A stretch of DNA of 50,728 nucleotides from Oscillospiraceae bacterium (GCA_015063455.1 SVUC01000001.1:1-50728), one strand, 5' to 3'. Counted from the first letter of the stretch, positions 6,862 to 16,948 are shown. The notes: a model not told the origin generated them from the letters alone. A program made the numbers and translations.

Positions 6862-9387
6862 ATGAAAAAGTTCTTGATACTTGACGGAAACAGTATAATT
6901 AATCGAGCGTTTTACGGGATTCGTCCCCTTTCAACCAAAAGCGGTATTCCGACTAACGCTATATACGGATTTCTGACTATCATTAAAAAGCACCTCGATT
7001 CTCTGCAGCCCGACTATATTGCGTGTGCATTTGACGTGCATCAGCCGACTTTTCGTCATCTCGAATATTCAGAGTATAAAGGAAACCGAAAGGGAATGCC
7101 CGATGAGCTTAGAGCGCAGATGCCGTACGCTAAGCGAGCTGCCGCTGCACTCGGATTTCTTGTGATCGAATGTCCCGGTTTTGAGGCGGATGACGTGATC
7201 GGTACAGCAGCAAAAATGGCGGATGACAGAGGAGATATTCAAACTTATATTCTCACAGGCGACCGCGATTCACTTCAGCTTATTGATAATACAACATCTG
7301 TAATTCTTGCCAAAACAAAGGAAGATATAGTTTTCGACGAAGCGAGATTTGTTGAAGAATACGGAATTAAGCCAGGTCAGTTTGTTGATGTCAAGGCACT
7401 TATGGGGGATTCATCCGACAATATTCCCGGTGTTGCGGGAATCGGAGAAAAAACAGCACTCAAATTGATCTCAGCAGCCGAGACACTCGATAAGCTTTAC
7501 GCTGATGAAACATTCTTCGGTCAAAGCGCCTCTGTATGCAAAAAGCTTGCAGACGGACGAGAAGCTGCATTTATGTCACGGAAGCTTGCCGAGATATGCC
7601 GCAGCGCGCCTATCGTATCTTCCGATGAAATATTTGCGTCAAGAGATGTTGACAGTGCAGAATTCTTGAATCTTTGTGATGAACTTGAGTTCAGCGGAAT
7701 GGCAAAGAGATTCGGAATAGATAAATCTGAGATGCAGGAAGACACCGACACTTCAGCAAAAATTGAGAAGAAAATTGAGCTGATAAGTGACCTGCGAGCT
7801 CTCAATTCGGACCGCCTTGCTGCGATATTTTTATCAGAAAATGAATTTGCTGCTTATGACGGCGGAGAGATGATATACCACTGCACAGACGTCTCGAGAG
7901 ACGATGTTATAGAGTTTATCAGAAATAACAGTTTCGTATGCCATGATTATAAAGGACTTCTCAGGTTACTCCACATAAGCGGAGATAGCGTCTCCTGCGT
8001 GTACGATACAATGCTTGCCGCATATTTTCTGAATCCCGGAAAGAGTAAGTATCTTCTCAGCGATACCGCCAAAGAATACCTGTCTGTTGAATGTGAATCT
8101 GTTCCCGATTCCGCAGCGGCGATATATGAGCTTTACCTTGAAACATCAAAGCTTCTCGACGAGTACGGAATGGCAGATCTGATGCACGATATAGAAATAC
8201 CTCTGTCATCTGTTCTTGCGGAAATGGAGGAGCGGGGCTTTAAGATCAATCCCGATGGAATCCGAAAATATTCCGATATGCTCCTGATGAACGAAAACGC
8301 TCTTGCAGATTCAATCTGGCTTCAGGCAGGGCACCAGTTCAATATAAATTCTCCGAAACAGCTAGGTGAAGTTTTGTTTGAGGAGATCGGTCTTCCTGCT
8401 GGAAAGAAAACGAAAAAAGGCTACTCAACTGATGCCGAAACGCTTGAAAGTCTAAGACCGTATCATACGATCATCGCAGATATCCTACTTTACCGTCAGA
8501 TTGCCAAGCTTCGAGGAACATATGGTGACTCTCTCATTAACCAGGCTGATGAAAACGGAAGGATCCACACAAAGCTCAATCAAACAGGTACAGCAACGGG
8601 ACGTCTTGCGTCGAGCGATCCTAACCTGCAGAATATTCCAGTAAGAATGGAAATTGGCAGGGAACTCAGAAAATACTTCATCACAGACGATGGATACGTT
8701 CTTGTCGATGCTGACTATTCACAGATCGAGCTCAGAATTCTCGCGGCACTTTCAAAAGATGAAGTAATGAGTAAAGCATTTATCTCAGGTGAGGATATTC
8801 ACACCTCTGTAGCATCACAGGTGTTTGGAGTCGATGTGGATGATGTGACACCAGATATGAGACGTCGTGCAAAAGCTGTCAATTTCGGTATTGTTTACGG
8901 AATCGGAGAGTTCTCACTTGCGAAAGATCTCGGTGTAACGCGAAAGGTTGCAAAGGAATATATTGAGAATTACCTCGCAACATACAGCAACGTTGATAAA
9001 TACCTTAAAAATACAATAGAAGAAGCTAAGCGTGAAGGATATACCACAACAAAATTCGGAAGACGCAGAAATATCCCCGAGCTGAAATCGACGAACAGAA
9101 TTCTCCGCGGATTTGGAGAGAGAGTTGCAATGAACAGCCCTATACAGGGGACAGCGGCTGATGTAATCAAGATCGCAATGATAAACGTTCACCGAGCTCT
9201 TAAGGACGAGGGAATTGACGCCCACCTTATTATGCAGGTACACGACGAGCTGATCGTTGAGGCAAAAGAAGATTGCGCTGACCGTGCTGCCGAGATCCTT
9301 GTGCGCGAAATGGAAAATGCAGTGAAGCTTACAGTTCCTCTAGTTGCAGATTGCGGAGTAGGAACATCGTGGTTTGAAGCAAAATAA
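6862..9387 (+). CDS. polA: DNA polymerase I
   Basis: 5' nuclease N-terminus 'LILDGNSIINRAFYG...GDRDSLQL...GDSSDNIPGVAGIGEKTA'. Polymerase motifs 'LVDADYSQIELRILA', 'RRRAKAVNFGIVYG' and 'QVHDELIVE'. Start set at MKKFLILDG. The ORF extends to 6811. Confidence 0.95.
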   Translation: MKKFLILDGNSIINRAFYGIRPLSTKSGIPTNAIYGFLTIIKKHLDSLQPDYIACAFDVHQPTFRHLEYSEYKGNRKGMPDELRAQMPYAKRAAAALGFLVIECPGFEADDVIGTAAKMADDRGDIQTYILTGDRDSLQLIDNTTSVILAKTKEDIVFDEARFVEEYGIKPGQFVDVKALMGDSSDNIPGVAGIGEKTALKLISAAETLDKLYADETFFGQSASVCKKLADGREAAFMSRKLAEICRSAPIVSSDEIFASRDVDSAEFLNLCDELEFSGMAKRFGIDKSEMQEDTDTSAKIEKKIELISDLRALNSDRLAAIFLSENEFAAYDGGEMIYHCTDVSRDDVIEFIRNNSFVCHDYKGLLRLLHISGDSVSCVYDTMLAAYFLNPGKSKYLLSDTAKEYLSVECESVPDSAAAIYELYLETSKLLDEYGMADLMHDIEIPLSSVLAEMEERGFKINPDGIRKYSDMLLMNENALADSIWLQAGHQFNINSPKQLGEVLFEEIGLPAGKKTKKGYSTDAETLESLRPYHTIIADILLYRQIAKLRGTYGDSLINQADENGRIHTKLNQTGTATGRLASSDPNLQNIPVRMEIGRELRKYFITDDGYVLVDADYSQIELRILAALSKDEVMSKAFISGEDIHTSVASQVFGVDVDDVTPDMRRRAKAVNFGIVYGIGEFSLAKDLGVTRKVAKEYIENYLATYSNVDKYLKNTIEEAKREGYTTTKFGRRRNIPELKSTNRILRGFGERVAMNSPIQGTAADVIKIAMINVHRALKDEGIDAHLIMQVHDELIVEAKEDCADRAAEILVREMENAVKLTVPLVADCGVGTSWFEAK

Positions 9388-9392
9388 AAACA

Positions 9393-9426
9393 AAAAGACC
9401 GTGTTTTAGCGAATGCGGTCTTTTTA
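9393..9426 (+). terminator. Rho-independent terminator after polA
   Basis: aaaaagaccg...cggtcttttt hairpin followed by a T-run. Confidence 0.7.
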
Positions 9427-9440
9427 TTTGGTGGGTAATA

Positions 9441-9469
9441 TTGAAAACTCAGACATAATATGCTACAAT
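9441..9469 (+). promoter_or_regulatory. Sigma-A-type promoter for the ABC exporter pair (TTGAAA-17-TGcTACAAT)
   Basis: TTGAAA 9441-9446, a 17 nt spacer containing a TGn extension, and TACAAT 9464-9469. Confidence 0.5.
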
Positions 9470-9505
9470 AACTACTGAAAAATTATTTCGAAAGGCAGAT
9501 AAAAA

Positions 9506-11227
9506 TTGAAGAATCTTTTCAAATACCTCCGATCATATACGCTCGAATCTATACTCGGACCGCTTTTTAAGCTTCTTGAGGCAATGTTTGAGCTGTTTGT
9601 TCCGCTTGTGGTTGCAGATATCATTGACTACGGAATACAAAATAACGATACAAATTATATCGTAAAACAGTTCGCAATACTTGTGCTTCTCAGCGTTATA
9701 GGTATCGTCTGTTCTATTACAGCGCAGTATTTTGCTGCTCGTGCATCTGTCGGATGTACGTCAAAGCTGAGGTATTCACTTTTTACGCATATCGGTAAGC
9801 TGTCGTTCTCGGACATAGATAGGGTCGGAATACCGACTCTTATAACACGTCTCACAGGGGACCTCAATCAAGTACAGAGCGGCGTTAATCTTGCACTCAG
9901 ACTCCTTTTGCGTTCACCCTTCGTTGTGTTCGGTGCAACGGTGATGGCATTTATGATCGACGTCAGATCGGCACTTATATTCCTCGGCGTTATAGCTGTT
10001 CTTATGGCGATCGTGTTCGGAATTATGCTCGGATCTGTACCTGCATACAAGAAAGTGCAAAGTGTACTCGATTCTCTCACCGGAACAACACGCGAAAACC
10101 TCACAGGCTCACGTGTCATCCGTGCATTCGGAATGCAGGACGACGAAAGGGAAAAGTTCTCAGAATATAACAGCGAGTTGAGTCACCGTCAGCAGTTTGC
10201 GGGAAAAATCTCCGCACTTATGAATCCGCTGACCCTTGTTATTCTGAACTTCGGAATCGTTCTTCTTCTTCAGTATTCGGGAATAAAAGTGAATTCTGGA
10301 GATCTCACAACAGGTGAAGTAGTTGCGCTTTACAATTATATGACGCAGATCCTTGTTGAGCTTGTAAAGTTTGCAAGCTTAATAATCACCATAAGTAAGT
10401 CAATCTCCTGTATGAAACGAATTAATGAGGTCCTCGTAACAGAGCCCGCGATGACATTCCCAGAAGTTTCAGCAAATGAAATCATCTCAGCACCTGCCGT
10501 TGAGTTTGATTCTGTATCCCTTAAGTATTCAACTGCTGCTGAGGAGTCTCTCTCGAATATTTCATTTAAGATTGACCGAGGCGAAACTGTCGGAATTATC
10601 GGCGGAACGGGCTGCGGAAAAACGTCACTTGTCAACCTCATTGTCCGTTTTTATGATGCAACGGAAGGACGTGTTCTTGTAAACGGAGTTGACGTTCGGG
10701 ATTACACCGCATGGGATCTTAGGGGTAAGATCGGATATGTACTGCAGAGAGCAACTCTGTTCGGCGGGACTATACGGGACAATCTTCTCTGGGGGCGTGA
10801 GAATGCCGATGACGAAGAAATTATGGAAGCGGTACGTTCTGCACAGGGCACTGATGTAATAGCTTCAAAAAACGAAGGACTTGACGCAACTGTAGCACAA
10901 AACGGCAAGAATTTCTCGGGTGGTCAGCGTCAGAGACTCACAATAGCGAGAGCTCTTGTAAGACGTCCTGAGATACTTATACTTGATGACAGTGCATCCG
11001 CGCTTGATTTTGCGACAGATGCGGCACTCCGCAAAGAACTTAAATCCCTCGACTACGGCCCGACGACAATCATAGTTTCACAGAGAACATCTTCGATCAT
11101 GCACGCAGATAAAATCATAGTTCTCGATGATGGTGAGATTACGGGAATTGGTACACACACAGATCTTCTTGAAAACTGTGACGTATACCGCGAGATCTAT
11201 GAATCACAGTATAAAAAGGAGGTGTGA
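9506..11227 (+). CDS. ABC exporter permease/ATPase fusion, subunit with degenerate catalytic site
   Basis: 573 aa with an N-terminal 6-TM domain. Walker A 'GGTGCGKTS', signature 'FSGGQRQR', Walker B 'ILILDD' with Asp (codon 10988-10990) where the catalytic Glu normally sits. TTG start with a GAAAGG SD. Confidence 0.9.
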   Translation: MKNLFKYLRSYTLESILGPLFKLLEAMFELFVPLVVADIIDYGIQNNDTNYIVKQFAILVLLSVIGIVCSITAQYFAARASVGCTSKLRYSLFTHIGKLSFSDIDRVGIPTLITRLTGDLNQVQSGVNLALRLLLRSPFVVFGATVMAFMIDVRSALIFLGVIAVLMAIVFGIMLGSVPAYKKVQSVLDSLTGTTRENLTGSRVIRAFGMQDDEREKFSEYNSELSHRQQFAGKISALMNPLTLVILNFGIVLLLQYSGIKVNSGDLTTGEVVALYNYMTQILVELVKFASLIITISKSISCMKRINEVLVTEPAMTFPEVSANEIISAPAVEFDSVSLKYSTAAEESLSNISFKIDRGETVGIIGGTGCGKTSLVNLIVRFYDATEGRVLVNGVDVRDYTAWDLRGKIGYVLQRATLFGGTIRDNLLWGRENADDEEIMEAVRSAQGTDVIASKNEGLDATVAQNGKNFSGGQRQRLTIARALVRRPEILILDDSASALDFATDAALRKELKSLDYGPTTIIVSQRTSSIMHADKIIVLDDGEITGIGTHTDLLENCDVYREIYESQYKKEV

Positions 11228-11229
11228 GT

Positions 11230-12981
11230 ATGGCTCAGAAAAAGAACAAGATCAAAAAAGAGACCTTCGCCCGTCTCCTCAAATATCTGAAAAAATATAT
11301 TCCTCTGATTTCTCTCACGATCCTGTTGTCCGCTGTGACAGTTATTCTCCAGCTATATATTCCGATACTTTGCGGGCGTGCGATCGACTTTATGCTTGGC
11401 GCAGGGGATGTTGATTTTGACGCAATCGCAGAAAATCTTGTGAAAATTGCTGTCGCAGCATCGGTGTGTGGAATTTTGAGCTGGGTAATGAATACGATCA
11501 ATAATAAGATCACGTACTCAGTTATCAAAGATGTACGCCGTGATGCTTTCGACACTATTACACATCTTCCTCTTTCCTATATAGACTCACACCCGCACGG
11601 AGAAACCGTAAGCAAAGTTATCGCAGACGTTGATTCATTTGCTGACGGACTTCTTCTCGGATTTACACAGCTTTTCTCGGGCATTGTGACGATCGTTACT
11701 ACCCTCGTGTTTATGCTTATGATAAACGCACCTATCACTGCTGTTGTGGTAGTTTTGACACCCCTTTCATTGCTTGTTGCATCGTTTATTGCAAAGAAAA
11801 CATATAAAATGTTCAGACTTCAGTCTGAAACAAGGGGGGAGCTTACAGGACATATAAATGAAACTGTAAGCGGTCAGATGGTTGTCCGTGCGTTCTCACA
11901 GGAAGAAAACGCAAACGAAAAGTTTGAAGATATCAATACAAGACTTGAAAAGTGCTCACTCAGAGCGATATTCTTCTCATCTCTTACAAATCCTTTAACG
12001 AGATTCATTAACAATCTTGTTTATGCCGCAGTCTGCCTGACAGGTGCATTTGCAGCTGTAAAAGGACTGATGACAGTCGGTGGACTCACAAGCTTTCTCG
12101 CGTATGCAAATAAATATACAGGTCCGTTCAATGAGATCTCAGGCGTTATAACTGAGCTTCAGAACGCACTCGCGTGTGCTGAGAGAATATTTGACTTGAT
12201 CGACGAGACGCCAGAGATTCCTGACAAGAAAGGTGCAGCCGTTCTTGAGAATGTAAGCGGAGAAGTGTCTCTCGAGAATGTTGAGTTCTCATACACACCT
12301 GACCGTGAGCTTATCAAAGATCTGAATCTGAAAATAAAACCGGGTGAAAAGGCCGCAATCGTCGGTCCGACAGGATGCGGAAAAACGACTATCATCAATC
12401 TTCTGATGCGTTTTTATGACGTGAATGACGGCAGAATATCTGTAGACGAAAATGATATCAGAGATGTGAAAAGAAGATCTCTTCAGAGCACCTACGGAAT
12501 GGTTCTTCAGGATACGTGGATAATGCGCGGAACTGTCAGAGATAACATTAAAATGGGACGCGATGCTACTGACGAAGAAGTTATCGCCGCCGCAAAAGCA
12601 TCGCACGCTCACAGCTTTATCAGACGTCTCCCGAACGGATACGATACTGTCATCAGCGATGACGGCGGAATGCTCTCAGCCGGTCAAAGACAGCTTTTGT
12701 GTATAGCGAGAGTAATGCTTGCGATCCCACCTATGCTTATTCTTGACGAGGCAACGTCGTCTATCGACACGAGAACAGAGCTGAAGATTCAAAAAGCGTT
12801 TGACAGATTGACTGAAGGAAGAACGAGCTTTATCGTTGCTCACAGACTTTCAACGATCAGAGAGGCTGACGTCATACTTGTAATGAAGGACGGCAAGATC
12901 ATTGAAACAGGATGCCACGATGAACTTGTGAAAAAAGACGGCTTCTACGCAAAGCTTTGGGGAAGTCAGTTTGATATGTAA
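11230..12981 (+). CDS. ABC exporter permease/ATPase fusion, canonical subunit
   Basis: Walker A 'GPTGCGKTT', signature 'LSAGQRQL', Walker B plus catalytic Glu 'MLILDEATS', H-loop 'VAHRLST'. It overlaps the upstream gene's stop. ATG at 11230, or GTG at 11224. Confidence 0.9.
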   Translation: MAQKKNKIKKETFARLLKYLKKYIPLISLTILLSAVTVILQLYIPILCGRAIDFMLGAGDVDFDAIAENLVKIAVAASVCGILSWVMNTINNKITYSVIKDVRRDAFDTITHLPLSYIDSHPHGETVSKVIADVDSFADGLLLGFTQLFSGIVTIVTTLVFMLMINAPITAVVVVLTPLSLLVASFIAKKTYKMFRLQSETRGELTGHINETVSGQMVVRAFSQEENANEKFEDINTRLEKCSLRAIFFSSLTNPLTRFINNLVYAAVCLTGAFAAVKGLMTVGGLTSFLAYANKYTGPFNEISGVITELQNALACAERIFDLIDETPEIPDKKGAAVLENVSGEVSLENVEFSYTPDRELIKDLNLKIKPGEKAAIVGPTGCGKTTIINLLMRFYDVNDGRISVDENDIRDVKRRSLQSTYGMVLQDTWIMRGTVRDNIKMGRDATDEEVIAAAKASHAHSFIRRLPNGYDTVISDDGGMLSAGQRQLLCIARVMLAIPPMLILDEATSSIDTRTELKIQKAFDRLTEGRTSFIVAHRLSTIREADVILVMKDGKIIETGCHDELVKKDGFYAKLWGSQFDM

Positions 12982-12988
12982 AATTAAA

Positions 12989-13030
12989 TGCCGCACATTA
13001 TCACATAAATAGTGTGCGGCAGATTTTATT
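12989..13030. terminator. Bidirectional terminator between the ABC operon and the acyltransferase gene
   Basis: Perfect 9 bp stem tgccgcaca / tgtgcggca (12989-12997 / 13013-13021) followed by gattttatttt. Confidence 0.7.
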
Positions 13031-14141
13031 TTAACTGTAACTTTTTCTTTTTAAGGTACCCGCTGACCGTTTTCCAAATTGCCGAGAGGCTGAATGAAAT
13101 TACAAGGGTAGCTATTATAGTCAGCGTCAGATATACACCTACAGATACAATCCTTAAAACAGGTGTGAGAATATGCCTTGAGAAAGCAAGAACTATTATG
13201 TGAATAAGATAAACCGAGAATGTAAGTGAAGACAGATACGCTGAGATTTTTGTGAGCCGCGGATGTTTTTGTGCAAAGTCTTGAGAAAAAAGTGCCTTTG
13301 CACAGACAAAAACCGCCGCTGCTTCAAGATAGTGATTTATTGTATATCCACCGTTCCAGATGAATTTTCTCTCAATGAGAATATTGTTTCCGTTGAGAAC
13401 AGAGAAAGAAACAAATGACGCAATTCCCAAAAGAATTATTACCGTACCGAGCGGTTTTTTGATTCTGTAATGTCCTAAAATGTATCCGAGAAGGGCATAT
13501 CCAAAATATCCTGTAATACCGTCATCGGAAAGATAAAAATATAGACTATCACCTACAATTGCATTGATGAACGGTTTGATCGTTACTTGAAATGTAAAGA
13601 GAAAGAGAAGCATCAATGTAAGGAGTACTTGGTGACGTTTGCCTTCGCAGGACTTTAATATCATTTTTATAAACGGAAAAAGAAGATACATCAGGAAAAT
13701 TGAGTAGAAATACCAAAGATGATGAGCAGTTCCTTTGTTGAAAAATTGCTTAATAAAAAGAAAAGAGAATACAGGCTCGCCAAGCAGCAAACGATAATAA
13801 ACATAATACAAAATGGATGCCGCAAGGAACGGAATAATAAGCTTTGAAAATCTTTTTTTATAAAATAAAAAAACATCTTCGGTCTTCGGATCAGACAGAA
13901 GCAGGTAACCGCTGAGCATAAAAAACAGGGGAACACCGACTCGTGTGATCTCATTTATAAAAACTGTGATCCACCACAAATCTGCTCCGTAATTGGCAGG
14001 GGTCGTGAAATATGTATTTATTCCGTGAAGTGTGATGACGAGGATTGATGCAATAATACGAAGAATATCGGGATAAAGCTCCCGCTTATTGTTGGCTGTA
14101 CTATAATCAATAGAGTTCAAGCTTGTCTCCTTGTTTGTCAT
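13026..14141 (-). CDS. Membrane acyltransferase family 3 (O-acyltransferase-like)
   Basis: Polytopic membrane protein. 'LRIIASILVITLHG...' and 'GVPLFFMLSGYLL' are typical Acyl_transf_3 N-terminal blocks. The start is trimmed to MTNKE to avoid overlap with the LysR gene, and it remains uncertain. Confidence 0.7.
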   Translation of the reverse strand: MTNKETSLNSIDYSTANNKRELYPDILRIIASILVITLHGINTYFTTPANYGADLWWITVFINEITRVGVPLFFMLSGYLLLSDPKTEDVFLFYKKRFSKLIIPFLAASILYYVYYRLLLGEPVFSFLFIKQFFNKGTAHHLWYFYSIFLMYLLFPFIKMILKSCEGKRHQVLLTLMLLFLFTFQVTIKPFINAIVGDSLYFYLSDDGITGYFGYALLGYILGHYRIKKPLGTVIILLGIASFVSFSVLNGNNILIERKFIWNGGYTINHYLEAAAVFVCAKALFSQDFAQKHPRLTKISAYLSSLTFSVYLIHIIVLAFSRHILTPVLRIVSVGVYLTLTIIATLVISFSLSAIWKTVSGYLKKKKLQLK

Positions 14142-14175
14142 AATTCGAAAAACGTGCACCGGAGATGATATACTG

Positions 14176-15054
14176 TCAGCAATAGAATGAATATTCACCA
14201 AAATCGTCACGAATAAACGAAATGAATTTTTGCACGATTGGTGACAGGGGGACATCATTGCGATATGCTACACATAAAGTTGATTCTATTGTCGGATCGA
14301 GAGGAAGGGACATAATTCCATACGGATTATTCTTTATGAGATTTGTCGGAAGAATTCCTACACCCATCCCGTTTGAAATCATTTTGATTGCGGACGGTAT
14401 GTCATACAAAGTGTATTTTATCTGTGGCGTGATATATGCCTTAGCAATTGCAACTTTCAGATTTTCCGCAACGCCGTTGTAATCAATAATTATAGATTCA
14501 TTTTCGAGATCACCCAGACTTACCGACTTGTAATTAGAAAAATAATGATCTCTGTTAAAGGCAACGGAGTAATGGTCGGTTACAATGTGCTCGGTCGATA
14601 TTGAGGGAAATTCGCAGTGATTAATAAATGCAATTGAAATCTCACCCTGAAGAAGCATATCGGTCAACTGGTATGAGTAGTCCTGCTTGATTATGAATCT
14701 TACACCTGTATGTATGTCAGAGAAATCCTTGACGAGAGCTGATAAATAGGATTTCGATATCTCAGACGATATTCCGATCCTGATCTCGCCTGATTCAAAA
14801 GTAGTAAACTCCATAACCTTTTCGGTAAGAAGACGGTAGTTTGAGACCATATTTTTAATAATCGGAAAAAGTGCAACTCCCTCGGGAGTCAAACGAACAC
14901 CAGACCGTGAGCGAATAACAAGGGTGATTTTGAATTCTTCTTCAAGGGATTTTATCATCTGGCTGACTGCAGCCTGAGTATAACCGAGGACATCGGCAGC
15001 TCGTGTAAAACTTCCCAGCTCAACGATTTTACAAAGAGCAAGATATCTGACCAT
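14176..15054 (-). CDS. LysR-family transcriptional regulator
   Basis: N-terminal HTH 'LALCKIVELGSFTRAADVLGYTQAAVSQMIKSLEEEF' followed by a LysR substrate-binding-type C-terminal domain. 292 aa. Confidence 0.9.
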   Translation of the reverse strand: MVRYLALCKIVELGSFTRAADVLGYTQAAVSQMIKSLEEEFKITLVIRSRSGVRLTPEGVALFPIIKNMVSNYRLLTEKVMEFTTFESGEIRIGISSEISKSYLSALVKDFSDIHTGVRFIIKQDYSYQLTDMLLQGEISIAFINHCEFPSISTEHIVTDHYSVAFNRDHYFSNYKSVSLGDLENESIIIDYNGVAENLKVAIAKAYITPQIKYTLYDIPSAIKMISNGMGVGILPTNLIKNNPYGIMSLPLDPTIESTLCVAYRNDVPLSPIVQKFISFIRDDFGEYSFYC

Positions 15055-15169
15055 ATTAACCTACCCGAAGATTTTGCATAAATTTTTCTTAATTAACACA
15101 CTGTAATTTCAAATATTATTATATTACTTTGTATCAAAAAAGTCAATAACATACGGAATCATAGGATAT

Positions 15170-15198
15170 AAAACATTATTTTACAATTATAATGTTTT
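15170..15198. promoter_or_regulatory. Perfect 10 bp inverted repeat (aaaacattat-N9-ataatgtttt), candidate operator
   Basis: Read directly from the sequence, about 115 nt upstream of the LysR start in an otherwise featureless AT-rich spacer. Confidence 0.3.
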
Positions 15199-15341
15199 AT
15201 TATCATACATATTATCAAATTATATAATATCACATCTTCGAGAAGTTTTCAATGAATTTTCTCTTTCTTACTGTAGCAGGTTGGTTGACAAATTTTAGAA
15301 CTATCTTGAGATAATCAAAAAAACAATCCTCAAATTACCAT

Positions 15342-15371
15342 TCATAATTACGCAACTTGACGTTCATAATA
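15342..15371 (+). promoter_or_regulatory. Candidate forespore (sigma-G/F-like) promoter for the SASP gene
   Basis: TCATA-18 nt-CATAATA resembles the GHATR-18-CATxHTA consensus, apart from the first base. It lies ~70 nt upstream of the SASP ATG. Confidence 0.3.
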
Positions 15372-15439
15372 TTAACGCGAGAGAGAAAAAGATTCCCTCG
15401 CTTAATAAAACAAACTAAAAAATGAATGGAGAAAAAATT

Positions 15440-15646
15440 ATGTCACAGAGAAATACAAACAAGATCGTAGTACCCGAAGCAAAGGCTGCAATGGAACAGT
15501 TTAAGATGGAAGCAGCAAACGAAGTTGGTGTAAATCTTCAGAAGGGTTATAACGGTAACCTCACATCCCGCGAAGCAGGCTCTGTAGGCGGTCAGATGGT
15601 TAAGAAGATGATCGAAAAGTACGAAAACGACATCTCCGCAAAATAA
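15440..15646 (+). CDS. Alpha/beta-type small acid-soluble spore protein
   Basis: 68 aa. 'KFEIA'-like block 'EQFKMEAANEVGV' and 'LTSREAGSVGGQMVKKMIE' are hallmark alpha/beta SASP motifs. Start set at MSQRN. Confidence 0.9.
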   Translation: MSQRNTNKIVVPEAKAAMEQFKMEAANEVGVNLQKGYNGNLTSREAGSVGGQMVKKMIEKYENDISAK

Positions 15647-15726
15647 GTAATTTTGAACACAAAACAACGTGTTGATATCGTTTGATCGAGTAGTAATTTG
15701 ATCACATTCGATTGATCCACAAATTA

Positions 15727-15776
15727 AAAAGCGGTTTTACTTCTCAAATGATTGGGAAGCAAGACCGCTTTGTTTT
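15727..15776. terminator. Bidirectional terminator between the SASP gene and trmO
   Basis: aaagcggt...accgcttt stem with an internal cttc/gaag pairing. A-run upstream and tttgttttt downstream. Confidence 0.6.
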
Positions 15777-16465
15777 TATACTTTTTTAATTGAAATAACA
15801 CTCAGAACTTTTTCTTCAACCTTGAACTGAACGTCAAACCCTGCGAATGTGAGACCATAGATCCTGCCGTCATCCTGATAAGAGGGACGAGGATCGTCTT
15901 CGAGAAGCTTTTTCAGTGCGTTGATTTTTTCCTCAGACATTGACGACTTAACTTCATCCGAAATAACAATATCAAGTTTTTTGCCGAGGACATCAACGGA
16001 GAAGCCACCCGAGGCATCTGCAATGCAGTCCGCGTGAGGAAGATACGGCTTGATATCATAGATAGGGGTCAGATCAGCCATATCAATTCCCGAAACTATG
16101 ATAACCGTTCCGCTGTCTTCGGTTTCTTCAATACTCAGAATTTTTACGCACGAGAGACCGATAGGATTCGGTCGGTTTGGCGATCTTGTGGCAAATACAC
16201 CAATACGAGTGTTACCACCAAGGCGCGGCGGACGGACGGTCGGCGACCATTTTCTGTCATCTGAAGAGGAAGCAAATCCTAGAGAAAAACCCCAGATTAC
16301 CCATAAGTGAGAGAATCCTTCAAGACCTCGCAGAGCATCTGAATTTCGGTACTTCGGCTCAAATACAATTTTTCCGACAAGCTCGGGTACAAGTCCGCTT
16401 TGCCGCGGGATTCCGAATTTTTCGGGAAAATCTGTTCTGATTTTTGCAATTACGTCAAGCTGCAT
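15776..16465 (-). CDS. trmO: tRNA (m6t6A37) methyltransferase TrmO / TsaA-YaeB family
   Basis: 'PRQSGLV', 'LEGFSHLWVIWGFS' and 'FATRSPNRPNPIGLS' are TsaA-like blocks. Start set at the ATG with a GGAGA SD. A TTG lies further upstream at 16486. Confidence 0.8.
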   Translation of the reverse strand: MQLDVIAKIRTDFPEKFGIPRQSGLVPELVGKIVFEPKYRNSDALRGLEGFSHLWVIWGFSLGFASSSDDRKWSPTVRPPRLGGNTRIGVFATRSPNRPNPIGLSCVKILSIEETEDSGTVIIVSGIDMADLTPIYDIKPYLPHADCIADASGGFSVDVLGKKLDIVISDEVKSSMSEEKINALKKLLEDDPRPSYQDDGRIYGLTFAGFDVQFKVEEKVLSVISIKKV

Positions 16466-16495
16466 TGTAATCTCCTGATAGAGCAATGCTTAAAA

Positions 16496-16948
16496 TTAAG
16501 CACCGAACTGTGAGTTGTAGTCGTCTTTTTTCTGAAACTGAGTTTCATATTTCTTTTCAGCAGCACGAAGGTCTGCGGTAAGATATCTGTAGCAACCGAC
16601 AATGGCGGTGAAAATTACATACGCAAACGTATAGATAAGAAGCACCATCAAAACATTTCCGCCGTTGTTTTTGTACCCGCCCCACAGGACAAAAACTATG
16701 TAAAAACATAGGGTTGTTACGATAAAATGAATAAGAAGTCTGAGTGAGAACACAAGCTTTTCTGAGAACAAAAACTGATTTGCCGCCGAGAGAACAAGAG
16801 AGAACACCAGCAAAGCTAAAACCATATTGAGAGTTGGTACCCAGGCTGAGTTAACGAATACACCGAGCAGGAACACGGCGGTAATAAGAAATGTGTAAAT
16901 CACACACGCAGAGGTAAGAATCTTTTTGATAAAAATATAATTCTTCAA
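16496..16948 (-). CDS. Hypothetical integral membrane protein (about 4 TM helices)
   Basis: 150 aa, strongly hydrophobic. TTG start preceded by a GAGGA SD. No family recognised with confidence. Confidence 0.5.
   Translation of the reverse strand: MKNYIFIKKILTSACVIYTFLITAVFLLGVFVNSAWVPTLNMVLALLVFSLVLSAANQFLFSEKLVFSLRLLIHFIVTTLCFYIVFVLWGGYKNNGGNVLMVLLIYTFAYVIFTAIVGCYRYLTADLRAAEKKYETQFQKKDDYNSQFGA

Noticed and set aside
13012-13203. 63 aa plus-strand ORF overlapping the terminator and the 3' end of the acyltransferase gene.
   Set aside because: It starts inside the terminator hairpin, lies antisense to a membrane-protein gene, and has no SD sequence.
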